Shown: positions 20,427-31,802, counted from the first letter of the stretch. The stretch: DNA of 64,000 nucleotides from an uncultured Oscillospiraceae bacterium (GCA_964598315.1 CAZRBI010000001.1:90574-154573); one strand, 5' to 3'. The notes: generated from the letters alone by a model not told the origin. A program made the numbers and translations.

Positions 20427-21428
20427 GTGCAGTACTACAAAAAAAGAACGTTAACTTTCAAAAACGCGCATGTGTTGGAAGGATATACTGTTGCGGGGCC
20501 AAAGGAAAACGACGGACGATTTGGAGGTTTGTTCGATCTTGCGTTGATCGACGACATGTTCGGTCAACAAACGTTTGAGCGTGCTGAACGAAAGATGTTT
20601 GAACACGCCATTGACGGTGCGATAGCAAAAGCCAATTTATGCACAAACGAAATAGATGCAATTTTGGGCGGAGATCTGCTAAATCAGATTATATCTGCAT
20701 CCTTTGCGGCCAGAAAACAACGTGTGGGTTTTTTGGGGTTATACAATGCGTGCGCTACGTTTGTCGAAAGTCTTATTTTGGGGGCTTCGATGTTGAATAA
20801 CGGTTTGGATAACGTTGTGTGCGTTGCCGGGAGTCATTTTTCGACGGCTGAACGGCAATATCGTTTTCCGTTGGAGTTGGGTGTTTTGCGCTCGCCTGTC
20901 ACTCAATGGACTGCTACCGGGGTGGGCGCCACGGTATTGTCGGAGCAAACAGAAGTTGCGGTGCCTAAAATTTCTAGGGCTACTGTCGGCCGTGTGATTG
21001 ATTTTGGTATTTTAGATGCAAACAATATGGGTGCGGCAATGGCGCCGTCTGCTTGCGACACACTTGTGACTTTTTTCTCCGACACGTTGTCGTCGGTTGA
21101 TGATTATGACGCAATCTTTACCGGTGATTTGGGAAAACTGGGAACGGAAATTTTGCAGGAATTGACTTTTCAACAAGGCTTGGATCTTTCGGGCAAGTTG
21201 AAAGATTGCGGTGCATCGTTATACTTTGACGAACAACAGACTTATCAAGGAGGCAGTGGCGCGGCGTGTTCGGCATTGGTGTTTAACAGTTACATTTTGG
21301 GAAAACTACGTAGAGGCGAATATAAAAAGGTATTGCTTGCGGGGACTGGAGCGCTGATGAGTCCGACGACGTCATTTCAAGGTGACAGTATTCCTGCAAT
21401 AACTCATTTGGTTGAGGTGACGGCATGA
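20427..21428 (+). CDS. spoVAD: Stage V sporulation protein AD
   Basis: Thiolase-like SpoVAD N-terminus (..TLTFKNAHVLEGYTVAGPKENDG..). GTG at 20427 abuts the spoVAC stop. The ORF-track start at 20127 overlaps spoVAC out of frame and was rejected. Confidence 0.88.
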   Translation: MQYYKKRTLTFKNAHVLEGYTVAGPKENDGRFGGLFDLALIDDMFGQQTFERAERKMFEHAIDGAIAKANLCTNEIDAILGGDLLNQIISASFAARKQRVGFLGLYNACATFVESLILGASMLNNGLDNVVCVAGSHFSTAERQYRFPLELGVLRSPVTQWTATGVGATVLSEQTEVAVPKISRATVGRVIDFGILDANNMGAAMAPSACDTLVTFFSDTLSSVDDYDAIFTGDLGKLGTEILQELTFQQGLDLSGKLKDCGASLYFDEQQTYQGGSGAACSALVFNSYILGKLRRGEYKKVLLAGTGALMSPTTSFQGDSIPAITHLVEVTA

Positions 21429-21796
21429 GTGTTTTTATGACTTTTTTGAAAGCATTTTTGGTGGGCGGTGGAATTTGTCTTATCGGACAAATAATTATCA
21501 ATTGGACGCATCTGACAAACGGCAAAATACTTGTTTTGTTTTTGATTTTGGGCGCGGTGTTTGAAGCATTTGGGTGGTACAGTAAACTTATTGAGTTTGC
21601 CGGTGCCGGTGCAAGTGTGCCTATTTCGGGTTTTGGGTGCGCATTGGTAAAAGGTGCTGTTGAAGCTGCAAAAAAAGAAGGGTTTTATGGTGCATTGAAA
21701 GGCGGATTGGCAGCATGTGCCACGGGGATTAGCGTTGCAATTGTGTCGGGTTATTTTGTTTCAGTGGTGTTCCGTCCAAGAACAAAGAAAAAGTAG
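21425..21796 (+). CDS. spoVAE: Stage V sporulation protein AE (AEB-type)
   Basis: 123-aa membrane protein starting FLVGGGICLIGQ, paralogous to SpoVAC. Overlaps the spoVAD stop by 4 nt. Confidence 0.85.
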   Translation: MSVFMTFLKAFLVGGGICLIGQIIINWTHLTNGKILVLFLILGAVFEAFGWYSKLIEFAGAGASVPISGFGCALVKGAVEAAKKEGFYGALKGGLAACATGISVAIVSGYFVSVVFRPRTKKK

Positions 21797-22340
21797 TTTT
21801 TGTGAGTACTCATAAGCTGTCAGTGCGCATTCCGAAATGTCGATACGCGGTTATTTGACGTTTTACGGTAGTATGTAATGCTTTGTTTTGTCGACTTTGA
21901 ATGAATATTCATACGTGTTGAATTCGGGCCATTTCGGGTGAAGCACATCGGCTTTATGGTGTCTAGGGGAAATATTTGTGTAAATTGTCACAAATGATAG
22001 CTATTTTGCATTGCTTAAATCAGTATATGATAGTTTTTTCTAGATGCCATGCTTTGTCAATCGGTTTTGACATGTGAAAAAGTACCGAATAATGAAGAAT
22101 TATTGCAATTTGTGCGTCATGTTCGATCTGGCGATATTGTGTTCGTAAGAGTTGTCGGTGTCCATGAGGGATACGATGCAATATTTTAAAAAATATTCTT
22201 GAGTATAAATGAAGATTGGGAAAACTCTCTGTACTAATTTGCTACTGTGATATGAGGTGAGAAACAATTTTCACCTCAAAATGTTCGCAATGTGTAACGG
22301 TGAAGCGTTTGTGTGAATATAATGTGTCGTCGGGTGGCTC

Positions 22341-23024
22341 ATGAGGGGATACGTTGTCGTGGCTAAAACGGAATTGTACGGCCGAAGAAAGAAATTTTGG
22401 CGTAAATTTTGGTTGGCTGTTGCATTGATAATTGTTTTTGCGGTATTGCTGGCTGCTCGCCTGTATTGGAACTCTATGACGCCAACGATTCTGGAATTGG
22501 CAAAAGTGCACGTGCAGTCACAGTCGGCGCAAGCAATCAACGAAGCCGTGTTGGAATTGTTTTCAAACGGTGTGAGCTATGTTAATTTTGTGATGGTGGA
22601 AAAGAATGAAAACAATGACGTCGTTTTGTTGGTTACTGACAGCGTGCAAATAAACAAGCTGGCTCGTGAGGCTGCAGTGTTGATTCAAAATTGTTTGAAT
22701 TCGCAATTTGGCGATGAGTTGCAGATACCACTAGGAACGATATCGGGTGTACCGTTGCTGAGTGGCAAAGGACCGTGTGTAGGCATAAACGTTTCTCCGC
22801 AAAATTCTGTCAGCTGTTCATTTGTTTCCGATTTTACGTCAGCAGGAATAAATCAGACGTTGCACAGAGTCTATTTGAATGTTGACAGTCGTGTGGATTT
22901 GATTGTTCCGACAATGCATCATACTGTTGAAATGTCCATGCCTATACTTGTTTGCGAAACGATTTTGGTTGGAACGGTTCCGGAAACGTATTTGCAATGC
23001 GGTATGCTGCTTGGTGCTTCGTAA
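22341..23024 (+). CDS. yunB: Sporulation protein YunB
   Basis: N-terminal TM. Resembles YunB-family pattern as I recall it (..IPLGTISGVPLLSGKGP..SAGINQTLHRVYLNV..PILVCETILVGTVPETY). Confidence 0.7.
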   Translation: MRGYVVVAKTELYGRRKKFWRKFWLAVALIIVFAVLLAARLYWNSMTPTILELAKVHVQSQSAQAINEAVLELFSNGVSYVNFVMVEKNENNDVVLLVTDSVQINKLAREAAVLIQNCLNSQFGDELQIPLGTISGVPLLSGKGPCVGINVSPQNSVSCSFVSDFTSAGINQTLHRVYLNVDSRVDLIVPTMHHTVEMSMPILVCETILVGTVPETYLQCGMLLGAS

Positions 23025-23457
23025 AATAATGGTGTGCAATTAAATGTTGTGTTATAGCAAATTATTTGCGAATTATGATGATTTGTGGCGTTTTGCAATA
23101 TAATATTACAGACATAATAAGGTTTAAATGCGCTTTTGGCGTGAAAATGTCCATGTTTTTGGGAAAAATGCAGTGTTGTCGTGTTAGGCGTTAATTGTTT
23201 GCAAAGTGGTAAATCGGACTGATTTGTTCGTATTGAATTGACAAACTTTCCGGTTCGTAGGTTATTGGTTGTCGTGTAAACAGATTGCAAAGCAATAGGT
23301 GTCTATCGTTGTTTGTTTTACTTTTTTTGAATTGCACACATTGTTCTTTTGTCGATAGTTGTTCGGTTGTGATTTTTAGTATATTTTGCGCATAATTGTT
23401 TGTTAACTCTTGAAATTCTTAATACTTATAATTGTACTACTAACTACGCAAAAATTG

Positions 23458-23486
23458 TTGTCTTTTCTTTCAAATTTTGATATACT
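23458..23486 (+). promoter_or_regulatory. Candidate sigma-A promoter of the pheST leader
   Basis: TTGTCT, 17-nt spacer, TATACT with an upstream TG (extended -10). Confidence 0.45.
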
Positions 23487-23519
23487 GTAAAAAACATTGA
23501 TCGAGTTTAAGAGTTTGCG

Positions 23520-23720
23520 GAAAACAATTGTTAAGCGATCGGGGGATGGTGTAAGCCTCGGCATTGCGCAAAAAGATGTTCGCTCGGGAGTTCTTTCGGT
23601 GAAATTCCAGTAGTCGAAGGCGGTTGTCACCGTTATCGGACAAAGAGGAAAAACGTTTGTTTTTCGAAATTAGGTGGTACCACGAAATTTTTCGTCCTAT
23701 GTTGTGTAGGGCGTTTTTTA
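23520..23720 (+). promoter_or_regulatory. T-box leader (tRNA-Phe-responsive transcription attenuator) upstream of pheS
   Basis: Conserved T-box sequence AAATTAGGTGGTACCACG (23667-23684). Terminator CGTCCTA..TAGGGCG + T6 (23693-23719). UUC triplets at 23591 and 23605 in the stem I region. Sits upstream of pheST. Confidence 0.85.
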
Positions 23721-23738
23721 ATTTTAAGGAGTGTATTT

Positions 23739-24755
23739 ATGGACAAAATCAGTGAAATTCAACAACTTTGTCTTGAACAGCTTGGCACTTGTGTAGATCT
23801 TTCGGCGCTTCAAGAACTAAAAGTTAAGTACTTGGGCAAAAGCGGTGAGCTTACGGCATTGCTAAAATCTATTCGCGATTTGCCCGCAGAAGAAAAACCG
23901 ACATTCGGTGCAAAAGTCAATCAGTTGCGCAATTTGCTGGAAGACGCTTTCGATGCAAAAAACAAACAATTGAAAGATGATGAACTTAAACGCAAATTGC
24001 AAGACGAAAGAATTGATATTAGCATTTCTTCGTCACAGGCATGGGGTGCTTTGCATCCTGTCACATTGGTGGAAAATAAAATTAGCGAATTGCTTGTTTC
24101 CATGGGCTTTGAAGTGTTGTCCGGCCCGGAAATTGAAACAGACTACTACAACTTCCAAGCATTGAATATTCCTGCAGATCACCCGGCACGGGATATGCAG
24201 GATACTTTCTATCTTTCCGACGGCATTTTGTTGCGTACCCAAACTTCTGCGGTTCAAGCACGTCTTATGGAAAAGCAAAAACCGCCAATCAAAATGATTT
24301 GCCCGGGAAAAGTTTTCCGTTCGGATAGTGATTCGTCCCACTCTCCGGTGTTCCATCAAATGGAGGGGTTAGTCGTAGATGAAAATGTCACATTGTGCGA
24401 TTTGAAAGGTACATTGGAATATTTGGCAAAAAACTTATTCGGAAAGCAAACACAGGTTCGTTTTCGTCCATCGTATTTCCCGTTCACAGAGCCAAGTGTC
24501 GAAGTTGATTTGACGTGTAGCAATTGTGGCGGCAAAGGGTGTTCGTTGTGCAAAGGCACAGGCTGGATAGAAGTGCTTGGTGCAGGAATGGTCAATCCGG
24601 CAGTGTTGGAGATGAGCGGCATCGACAGTGAAAAATACACAGGCTTTGCTTTCGGCTTGGGAATCGAACGTATGGCAATGATAAAATACGGAATTCCCGA
24701 CATTCGTCTATTCTACGAAAACGACAAACGATTCTTGAAACAATTCGGTAAATAA
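23739..24755 (+). CDS. pheS: Phenylalanine--tRNA ligase alpha subunit
   Basis: Class II aaRS motifs (FRPSYFPFTEPS, GFAFGLGIERMAM). Confidence 0.97.
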   Translation: MDKISEIQQLCLEQLGTCVDLSALQELKVKYLGKSGELTALLKSIRDLPAEEKPTFGAKVNQLRNLLEDAFDAKNKQLKDDELKRKLQDERIDISISSSQAWGALHPVTLVENKISELLVSMGFEVLSGPEIETDYYNFQALNIPADHPARDMQDTFYLSDGILLRTQTSAVQARLMEKQKPPIKMICPGKVFRSDSDSSHSPVFHQMEGLVVDENVTLCDLKGTLEYLAKNLFGKQTQVRFRPSYFPFTEPSVEVDLTCSNCGGKGCSLCKGTGWIEVLGAGMVNPAVLEMSGIDSEKYTGFAFGLGIERMAMIKYGIPDIRLFYENDKRFLKQFGK

Positions 24756-24765
24756 GGAGATTTAT

Positions 24766-27141
24766 ATGAAAGCACCTCTTTCTTGGATAAAAGATTTTGT
24801 CGAAGTCAACGTCGACATCGAAACGCTGTGTAAAAAAATGGTCGATATCGGTCTCGAGATCGAAGAAGTGGTTTATTTGGGCGAACACGTTACCAACGTT
24901 AAAGTTTGTCAGATAAAAGAAATTTCTCAACACCCCAACGCCGAACGCTTGTTGTGTTGTAAAGTCGATATCGGTTCCGAAATAATTCCCATAGTCACCA
25001 ACGATCATCACGTGAAGGTGGGCGATAAAGTTCCCGTTGCGTTGCATAACGCTAATCTTGCCAATGGTTTGCATATTACCAAGGGCAAGATGCGTGGTGA
25101 GGAATCTTGGGGTATGTTCTGTGGTGCGGAAGAACTTGGCATCGACAGTGACTACTACGAGGGCGCGGACACGGATGGCGTGCTTGTATTGCGCGAATCG
25201 GCAATCGTCGGTGAAGATATTCGCAAAGAAGTGGGTATCGACGACTATGTTTTGGATGTTTGCGTAACTGCCAACAGACAAGATTGTAACAGCATATTGG
25301 GGCTTGCTCGCGAAATCGCCGTAGCTTTGGGGACAACTTGCAATCAGCCGGATGTTTCCTATATTGAAACTTCTGTGCCGACGGAATCGCTTGTTAACGT
25401 AAATGTTTTGGCGACTGATATTTGTCGCGGATATTATATGCAAGGCTTGACGGACGTAAAAGTAGCGCGCTCGCCATTATGGATGACGTCTAGGTTGGCA
25501 AAAATGGGCCTGCACGGTATCAACAACTTGGTAGACATCACAAACTATGTTTTGTTGGAAATAGGGCAACCCATGCACGCCTTTGACTACGATACGCTGG
25601 TAGATCACACAATCGTCGTGCGCAGAGCGGCAAACGGTGAGAAAATCACTCCGTTGGACGGCAAGGAGTACACTTTGAACGACCAAGATCTTGTGATTGC
25701 AGACAAAACTCGTGCGGTTGGCATTGCCGGCATAATGGGCGGCGCAAATTCTTGCGTTAACGATTCCACAAACTGCGTTTTGTTCGAATCGGCAACGTTT
25801 GCGCACGGTAACGTTCGCAAAACCAGTCGACGTTTAGGCCTTCGTTCGGATTCTTCGGCTCGTTTTGAAAAGGGTATCGATACCTACACCAACAATCTTG
25901 GTCTTTCTCGCGCTTTGCATTTATGTTTACAATTGCAATGTGGAAAAATCACAAAGGGCAGAATTGCCGTTGGAGATATTGCTCAGAACAAGACGGTTAT
26001 TTTTGACAAATCGCGCATAGAAAAGCTTTTGGGTATAAAAATAGCCGACGAACGTGTTTTGAGTATACTCGATTCACTTAACATAAAATCTGCCTTTGTT
26101 AATTCAAAATTGCAATGTACGGTTCCTCCTTACAGAACGGATATTGCACGTGACTGTGACATAATCGAAGAATTGATTCGTGTGTATGGCTACGACAATA
26201 TAACCGGCACTTTGATGGAAAATTCACACATCACTTGCGGAGGAAAAACCGTTGAAGATAAAAATTGTGATAAAATACGTTCCGTATTGAACGGATTACG
26301 TTTTGACGAATGCATTTTCTATCCTTTTGGAGGAAAAGCTTTGTTTGAAAAGGCTTCTTTGAACGAAATCGACGAAAGCGAATATATCAAATTGCTGAAT
26401 CCTATCGGCGAAGAATTGTCGATGATGAATTTGTCGCTTGTTCCCAACATGTTGCAATGTGTAGCGCTAAATCTTTCGCGCAACCTGCACGATCTGCGTT
26501 TATTCGAGTTAGGTAAGGCATATATAGCAAAGTCTTTGCCGATAACAGAGTTGCCTTGCGAAGAAAAGCGTTTGTGTGTTGCTGCAACAGAAATAACTTT
26601 TGATGATTTCCGATCTGCAGTATTGCAAGTTGTGCACGCTTTCACAGATTGCAAAGTCAAATTGGTCCGTTCCGAAAACGCTGTTTTGCATCCCGGTGTC
26701 TCCGCCGATATATACGTTGACGACGTTTGTTGTGGTAGTTTCGGAAAAATTCATCCGCAAATCGCCCACAATTTCGACATTAACGTTGATTGCTTTATCG
26801 CCGAAATTGTGTTAGAAGACCTTTTTGCAAAAGGCAGAGGGGAGATTAAGTATCAGCCATTTGGAAAATTCCCATCAATCACTCGCGACTTTGCGTTTGT
26901 CGCAGACGAAGAAGTGATGGCGCAGGATATTTTGGATGAATTTTTGAAGCTTTCGTATGTTTGTGATGCCAGATTGTTTGACGTGTATCGCGGCGAACAA
27001 ATAGGCAACGGAAAAAAGAGCTTGGCAATATCTGTGGAATTCCGCGACAACAACAAAACTTTGCAAGATTCCGACATCGAAAAGCAAGTTGGAAAAGTGT
27101 TGAGAAATATCAACGAAAAGTATGGCGCTAGTTTGCGCTAA
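24766..27141 (+). CDS. pheT: Phenylalanine--tRNA ligase beta subunit
   Basis: 791 aa with the N-terminal tRNA-binding domain MKAPLSWIKDFV and B3/4, B5 and FDX-ACB regions. Follows pheS. Confidence 0.97.
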   Translation: MKAPLSWIKDFVEVNVDIETLCKKMVDIGLEIEEVVYLGEHVTNVKVCQIKEISQHPNAERLLCCKVDIGSEIIPIVTNDHHVKVGDKVPVALHNANLANGLHITKGKMRGEESWGMFCGAEELGIDSDYYEGADTDGVLVLRESAIVGEDIRKEVGIDDYVLDVCVTANRQDCNSILGLAREIAVALGTTCNQPDVSYIETSVPTESLVNVNVLATDICRGYYMQGLTDVKVARSPLWMTSRLAKMGLHGINNLVDITNYVLLEIGQPMHAFDYDTLVDHTIVVRRAANGEKITPLDGKEYTLNDQDLVIADKTRAVGIAGIMGGANSCVNDSTNCVLFESATFAHGNVRKTSRRLGLRSDSSARFEKGIDTYTNNLGLSRALHLCLQLQCGKITKGRIAVGDIAQNKTVIFDKSRIEKLLGIKIADERVLSILDSLNIKSAFVNSKLQCTVPPYRTDIARDCDIIEELIRVYGYDNITGTLMENSHITCGGKTVEDKNCDKIRSVLNGLRFDECIFYPFGGKALFEKASLNEIDESEYIKLLNPIGEELSMMNLSLVPNMLQCVALNLSRNLHDLRLFELGKAYIAKSLPITELPCEEKRLCVAATEITFDDFRSAVLQVVHAFTDCKVKLVRSENAVLHPGVSADIYVDDVCCGSFGKIHPQIAHNFDINVDCFIAEIVLEDLFAKGRGEIKYQPFGKFPSITRDFAFVADEEVMAQDILDEFLKLSYVCDARLFDVYRGEQIGNGKKSLAISVEFRDNNKTLQDSDIEKQVGKVLRNINEKYGASLR

Positions 27142-27151
27142 AAGGTGAACA

Positions 27152-29395
27152 TTGGCTACTCGAAACTACGAAATTTTGGCGCCGGCAGGAAGTGTCGAAC
27201 AACTGTCGGTGGCAGTTAATAATGGCTGTGACGCCGTTTATTTGGGCTTGGATTCTTTTAATGCAAGAATGAAAGCACCTAATTTTACTGCGCAAAATTT
27301 GCGTCAATGGGTGGATTTTTGTCACTTATTTGGTGTTCGAGTGTACGTAACGATAAACACTTCTGTGAAAAACGACGAGTTCCGCCGTGCAATTGAAGCT
27401 GTTAACGTGGCTTATTCTTGTTTTGCGGACGGCGTGATAGTCACTGATTTGTCTTTGTTGAGTTATGCGGCTTCTTTGCCAAAACCTTTTAATGTTGTTG
27501 CCAGTACACAGTTGAATGTTCACGATGCATATGGTGCCGAATTTTTGAAGCAGCTTGGTGCAGACACCGTCGTGTGTTCTCGTGAATGCACGTATGCACA
27601 AATATCGCAAATTGCGTCTACGGGCGTAAAGACCGAGTGCTTCTTGCATGGCGCATTGTGTGTTTGTCAATCCGGGCAATGTCTGTTTTCTTCGATTGTC
27701 GGCGGCAACAGCGGAAACAGAGGTCTTTGCGCGCAACCGTGCAGAAAACTTTACAAATCCAACGATGGATTGTTTACGGATGGTGGGTATCTGCTTTCGG
27801 CGAAGGACATTTGTAGTTTGGATACTGCGCAAAAATTGCTTAACAGCGGTGTGACCACATTCAAAATAGAAGGCAGGAACAGGCGTCCTGAATATTCCGG
27901 TGCGGCAGCTAAAGTTTATTCAGAGTTGTTCCAAAACAATTTTTGCTACAACAATTCTGATCGCAACTTGCTTGCGGAAATGTTTAATCGTGGTAATTTG
28001 CCGTCATGCAACTATCTTGAAGGCAAAAATGACGATTTGATTTTCCCTTACGTTCAAAATCATATTGGTGTAAGCATCGGTGTTGTCAAAAACGGTTGTG
28101 TCAACAGTAAAGTTCCTCTCAAAAAGGGAGACGGGCTGAAAGTTTTCGATAAAGAGCGCGAATGGTGCGGAGGAACTGTGGTCGAGGATGGCAATGGTCT
28201 TGTACGCGCTCAATTTAGTGGTGCTGTTAAAGACGGTATGTCTGTACATAGAACGACGTCGCAACAACTGTGTGGCGAAGTTTTGTCCGCTCGTCGAAAG
28301 TTGCCGTTACAATTACAATTTTCCGCAAAAGCCGGCAATAAAGCTCGGTTGACGCTTACTTCATGTGATGTGACTGTCGTTGTGGAATCCGAAGATCACG
28401 TTCAAGCAGCAATTGTTAAAGCAACGGATAAGGCGGAATTTGAACGTCAATTGAAAAAACTTGGCGAAGCTCCGTTTGAGCTTAAAAACATTGTTGTGGA
28501 ATGCGACGATGTATTCATGGCTAAATCTCAAGTAAATGCACTGCGTCGTAACGGATTGGAACTTCTGCAACGATCTATTGTAGAAGAGTATAACAAGCAG
28601 TTTTCCGCACGTGCGGTTTCTGAAACTTGTTTTGACGGCATAACGGTGAGCAACTGCAATTATCAATCTTGTTTGGCCGTCGTGTGTTATACGAAACAAC
28701 AGATAGAGGATATTTGCGACAAAGTCGATTATATTCTGTTTAAGCCGGAAATGATAGATATCGATACGACGTCGAATTTGCCGTCGAATTGCTACGTGGA
28801 TTTGCCGCCGTTTTGTGATTTAGACTACGTTCGTGAGTTGCTGTGCAAAAATGATTTCGGCATAGTTTGCAACAATGTCGGACATGTCCAAATTGCCCGC
28901 GAAACAGCCTCGCCGTATATTGCCGGTTTAGGGTTAAATCTGTTTAACGATGAAATTGTATCTCACTTCGGCGACTGTAAAACTTTTATGTATTCACAGG
29001 AATTGACGCTTAAAGAAATAGCTGAATTCAAAAATAGAAACGGATTAATTTTTGTTGACGGCAAAATTTCGCTGATGAAGTTGGTGCATTGCCCCTATAA
29101 AGTGGTCTTTGGCGGTTCTTGTGCAAGCTGCAAGGCTAATCGTCGCTTGGTTTATACCGATGAATTTGGCAATAGTTTTGAGGTTGCCAGACGCAAGGAT
29201 AAGGGATGCAATTTTGAATTGTACAACGGAAAGAAATTGTCCGTCACGGACAAATTGCATGTTCTCGGACGCTACTGCGTCGATTTTGACCGCGCAATTG
29301 TTCACCATTATTTAAATTTGAATAATGGTGTTGCTGACAATTATGTCGAATCCGCTCAATATACCCGAGGCCGTTTGTATAAGAAGGTGTATTGA
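27152..29395 (+). CDS. Peptidase U32 family protein (long form with C-terminal extension)
   Basis: N-terminal ILAPAGSVEQL..GCDAVYLG and E..ALCVCQSGQCLFSS..NRGLCAQPCR signature of U32. TTG start follows AAGGTG. Confidence 0.8.
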   Translation: MATRNYEILAPAGSVEQLSVAVNNGCDAVYLGLDSFNARMKAPNFTAQNLRQWVDFCHLFGVRVYVTINTSVKNDEFRRAIEAVNVAYSCFADGVIVTDLSLLSYAASLPKPFNVVASTQLNVHDAYGAEFLKQLGADTVVCSRECTYAQISQIASTGVKTECFLHGALCVCQSGQCLFSSIVGGNSGNRGLCAQPCRKLYKSNDGLFTDGGYLLSAKDICSLDTAQKLLNSGVTTFKIEGRNRRPEYSGAAAKVYSELFQNNFCYNNSDRNLLAEMFNRGNLPSCNYLEGKNDDLIFPYVQNHIGVSIGVVKNGCVNSKVPLKKGDGLKVFDKEREWCGGTVVEDGNGLVRAQFSGAVKDGMSVHRTTSQQLCGEVLSARRKLPLQLQFSAKAGNKARLTLTSCDVTVVVESEDHVQAAIVKATDKAEFERQLKKLGEAPFELKNIVVECDDVFMAKSQVNALRRNGLELLQRSIVEEYNKQFSARAVSETCFDGITVSNCNYQSCLAVVCYTKQQIEDICDKVDYILFKPEMIDIDTTSNLPSNCYVDLPPFCDLDYVRELLCKNDFGIVCNNVGHVQIARETASPYIAGLGLNLFNDEIVSHFGDCKTFMYSQELTLKEIAEFKNRNGLIFVDGKISLMKLVHCPYKVVFGGSCASCKANRRLVYTDEFGNSFEVARRKDKGCNFELYNGKKLSVTDKLHVLGRYCVDFDRAIVHHYLNLNNGVADNYVESAQYTRGRLYKKVY

Positions 29396-29423
29396 TTTTT
29401 GCTTAGGCTAATTTTGAAAAATT

Positions 29424-31802
29424 ATGATTAACGAAAAAACTTTAAAAAAACTGCAATATCGTGATGTTTTGCAAAAAGTTTCTTCTTTCTGCGTAAGCCA
29501 GGTTGCAAAACGCAAGGTGATGTCAATGTTACCGGCAGATAACTTCGAAGCGGCACAGGCGGCACTTTTGGAAACAAAGCAAGCATACAATTTGTTTCAA
29601 TACGAAACGTCGTTTGACCTTGCCGTCGATGACGTTGCTGAAATTTGTTCGCTTGCCCGTGTCGGATATTGTTTATCGATGAAACAGCTGTTGCAAGTGA
29701 TGCGTACTCTTCGTACGGCCAGAAATTTGCAAACTTCATTGTTTGTGGATTATGGCATCGACGTGTCGTTGTTGCAGACGCGTGCTTATGCTTTGTTTGT
29801 GGATAAAGAACTTGAAGATGATATAGATTTCTCTATACTTTCCGAAGACGAAATGAACGACAAAGCATCGGACGACTTGTTTGCGATCCGAAAGAAAATA
29901 AAAGCAATAAATGCAGATATCAAACAAAAACTGCAAAGCTACACGAAGAACGGCGAGTTATCAAAATACTTGCAAGATAGCATCGTAACTTTGCGCGGCG
30001 ACAGATATGTCATTCCTGTAAAACAAGAATACAAATCCTTTGTAAACGGCATTGTTCACGATCAATCGGCAACCGGTGCGACGCTGTTTGTCGAACCAAT
30101 GGCTATCGTGCAACTGAACAATGCTCTGCGAGAAGCCGTTTTGGCTGAAAAGGCCGAAATACAACGAATTTTGCAAGCGTTCACGGATAGAATTTCTCCC
30201 GTTGCGGAACGTATTCGCGTTTCGGAAGAAACAATCAGTGATATAGACGTTATTTTCAGCAAGGTAAAATATGCGTTGGATAATAAGGGAACTTTCCCCG
30301 AATTAAATTGCGACGGAATTATCGATGCAAAAAAGGCTCGACATCCGTTGTTGGATAAAGCCAAGGTTGTGCCTGTGACGGTAAAACTGGGCGAAAATTA
30401 TGATGTCATTGTTGTAACAGGTCCGAATACGGGCGGAAAAACCGTTACGCTGAAAACACTCGGATTGATGAGTTTGCTTGCAATGAGCGGTATGTATGTT
30501 TTGTGCTCGGAGGAAAGCAAATTCTCGTTCTTCAAACAAGTTTATTGCGATATAGGTGACGAACAAAGCATTGAACAAAATCTTTCTACTTTTTCCGGCC
30601 ATATCACCAACTTGCGCGACATATTGGACGAATGTGGCAGTGGTGACCTTGTTTTGATTGACGAGGTCGGCGCAGGAACGGAGCCGAACGAGGGGACGGC
30701 ATTGGCATTGGCGGTGACGGATTTTTTGAGAAAAAGCGGTGCCAAGTGCGTTATAACGACACACTATGGAAAACTTAAAGAATACTCTTTGACGACGCCG
30801 CGCGTTGAAAACGCCTCGATGGAATTTGACATTGCGACGCTTGCGCCGACGTACAAGTTGATTATGGGTGTGCCCGGTAGTTCTAATGCGTTAGCTATTG
30901 CTGCGAAATTAGGGCTTAGGGGCGACGTTATCGAATTTGCCAAAAATAATGTTTCAGACGAAAAATTGGCGTTCGAAAAGGTTTTGCAGAATGCTGAAGC
31001 TATTCGCAAACAATATGAAGCACAATTGACGGAAGTCGACAAAGAAAGGAAAAAATTAGCACAAGAGTTGGAAAAAACTCAAAAATTAAACGGTAGTTTG
31101 CAAAGCGAAAGAGACAAGTATTTGCAAGCTTCAAAAGCGGAAGCTAAAAAGATTGTTGAAAAAGCGCGCGAGAAGGCCGATGAGATTGTTGCAGAATTAA
31201 AAGAAATTTTGAATACGGATGTCACGGATAAGGATTTGTTTGCTGCAAGGGCTAAAGTTAAGGAATTGAAAAACTATGCGATTGCAGAAGAGACCGACGA
31301 GGGTGAAGAAGTGGTGTTCACCGGCAACAGAGTAGATTTTGGCAAACTTAAAGTCGGCGACGTCGTCTTTTCTAAAAAACTTGACGTGAAAGTTAAAGTT
31401 GCCGAAATCAAGGGAAGCAAACGAATTCTTGTAAAATTCGGAGCAATTTCTTCCGAGGTATCCGCTGACGATTTGTATGAGTGCGTTTCGGAGCATAAAA
31501 CTTTTTCACGCTATCAACCGCGGGCATCAAAGGCTAAAACCGAAATTAACACAAGAAGTTTTAACAGTGAAATCAATGTTATCGGTCAACGTGTCGACGA
31601 GGCGGTTGCAAATATCGATGCCTATATCGATCAATCGATTTTGGCAGGGATAAATCAAATTTGGATAATCCACGGCATGGGCACAGGACGTTTGCGTGCG
31701 GGAATTCATGCTCACTTGCGTACACATCGTGACGTGTTGGAATTCAGGCTTGGTCGCTATGGCGAGGGTGAAAATGGTGTGACTGTTGTTACGCTAAAAT
31801 AG
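29424..31802 (+). CDS. mutS2: Endonuclease MutS2
   Basis: Walker A GPNTGGKT, coiled-coil region, C-terminal Smr domain (IIHGMGTGRLR). Confidence 0.92.
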   Translation: MINEKTLKKLQYRDVLQKVSSFCVSQVAKRKVMSMLPADNFEAAQAALLETKQAYNLFQYETSFDLAVDDVAEICSLARVGYCLSMKQLLQVMRTLRTARNLQTSLFVDYGIDVSLLQTRAYALFVDKELEDDIDFSILSEDEMNDKASDDLFAIRKKIKAINADIKQKLQSYTKNGELSKYLQDSIVTLRGDRYVIPVKQEYKSFVNGIVHDQSATGATLFVEPMAIVQLNNALREAVLAEKAEIQRILQAFTDRISPVAERIRVSEETISDIDVIFSKVKYALDNKGTFPELNCDGIIDAKKARHPLLDKAKVVPVTVKLGENYDVIVVTGPNTGGKTVTLKTLGLMSLLAMSGMYVLCSEESKFSFFKQVYCDIGDEQSIEQNLSTFSGHITNLRDILDECGSGDLVLIDEVGAGTEPNEGTALALAVTDFLRKSGAKCVITTHYGKLKEYSLTTPRVENASMEFDIATLAPTYKLIMGVPGSSNALAIAAKLGLRGDVIEFAKNNVSDEKLAFEKVLQNAEAIRKQYEAQLTEVDKERKKLAQELEKTQKLNGSLQSERDKYLQASKAEAKKIVEKAREKADEIVAELKEILNTDVTDKDLFAARAKVKELKNYAIAEETDEGEEVVFTGNRVDFGKLKVGDVVFSKKLDVKVKVAEIKGSKRILVKFGAISSEVSADDLYECVSEHKTFSRYQPRASKAKTEINTRSFNSEINVIGQRVDEAVANIDAYIDQSILAGINQIWIIHGMGTGRLRAGIHAHLRTHRDVLEFRLGRYGEGENGVTVVTLK

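Noticed and set aside
19526-22340. Sigma-G (spoVA) and sigma-E (yunB) promoter motifs upstream of the sporulation genes.
   Set aside because: Only weak partial matches were seen (for example GTATT..CAAATAA before spoVAC and GAATATAAT before yunB). I cannot call them reliably without a position-weight-matrix scan.
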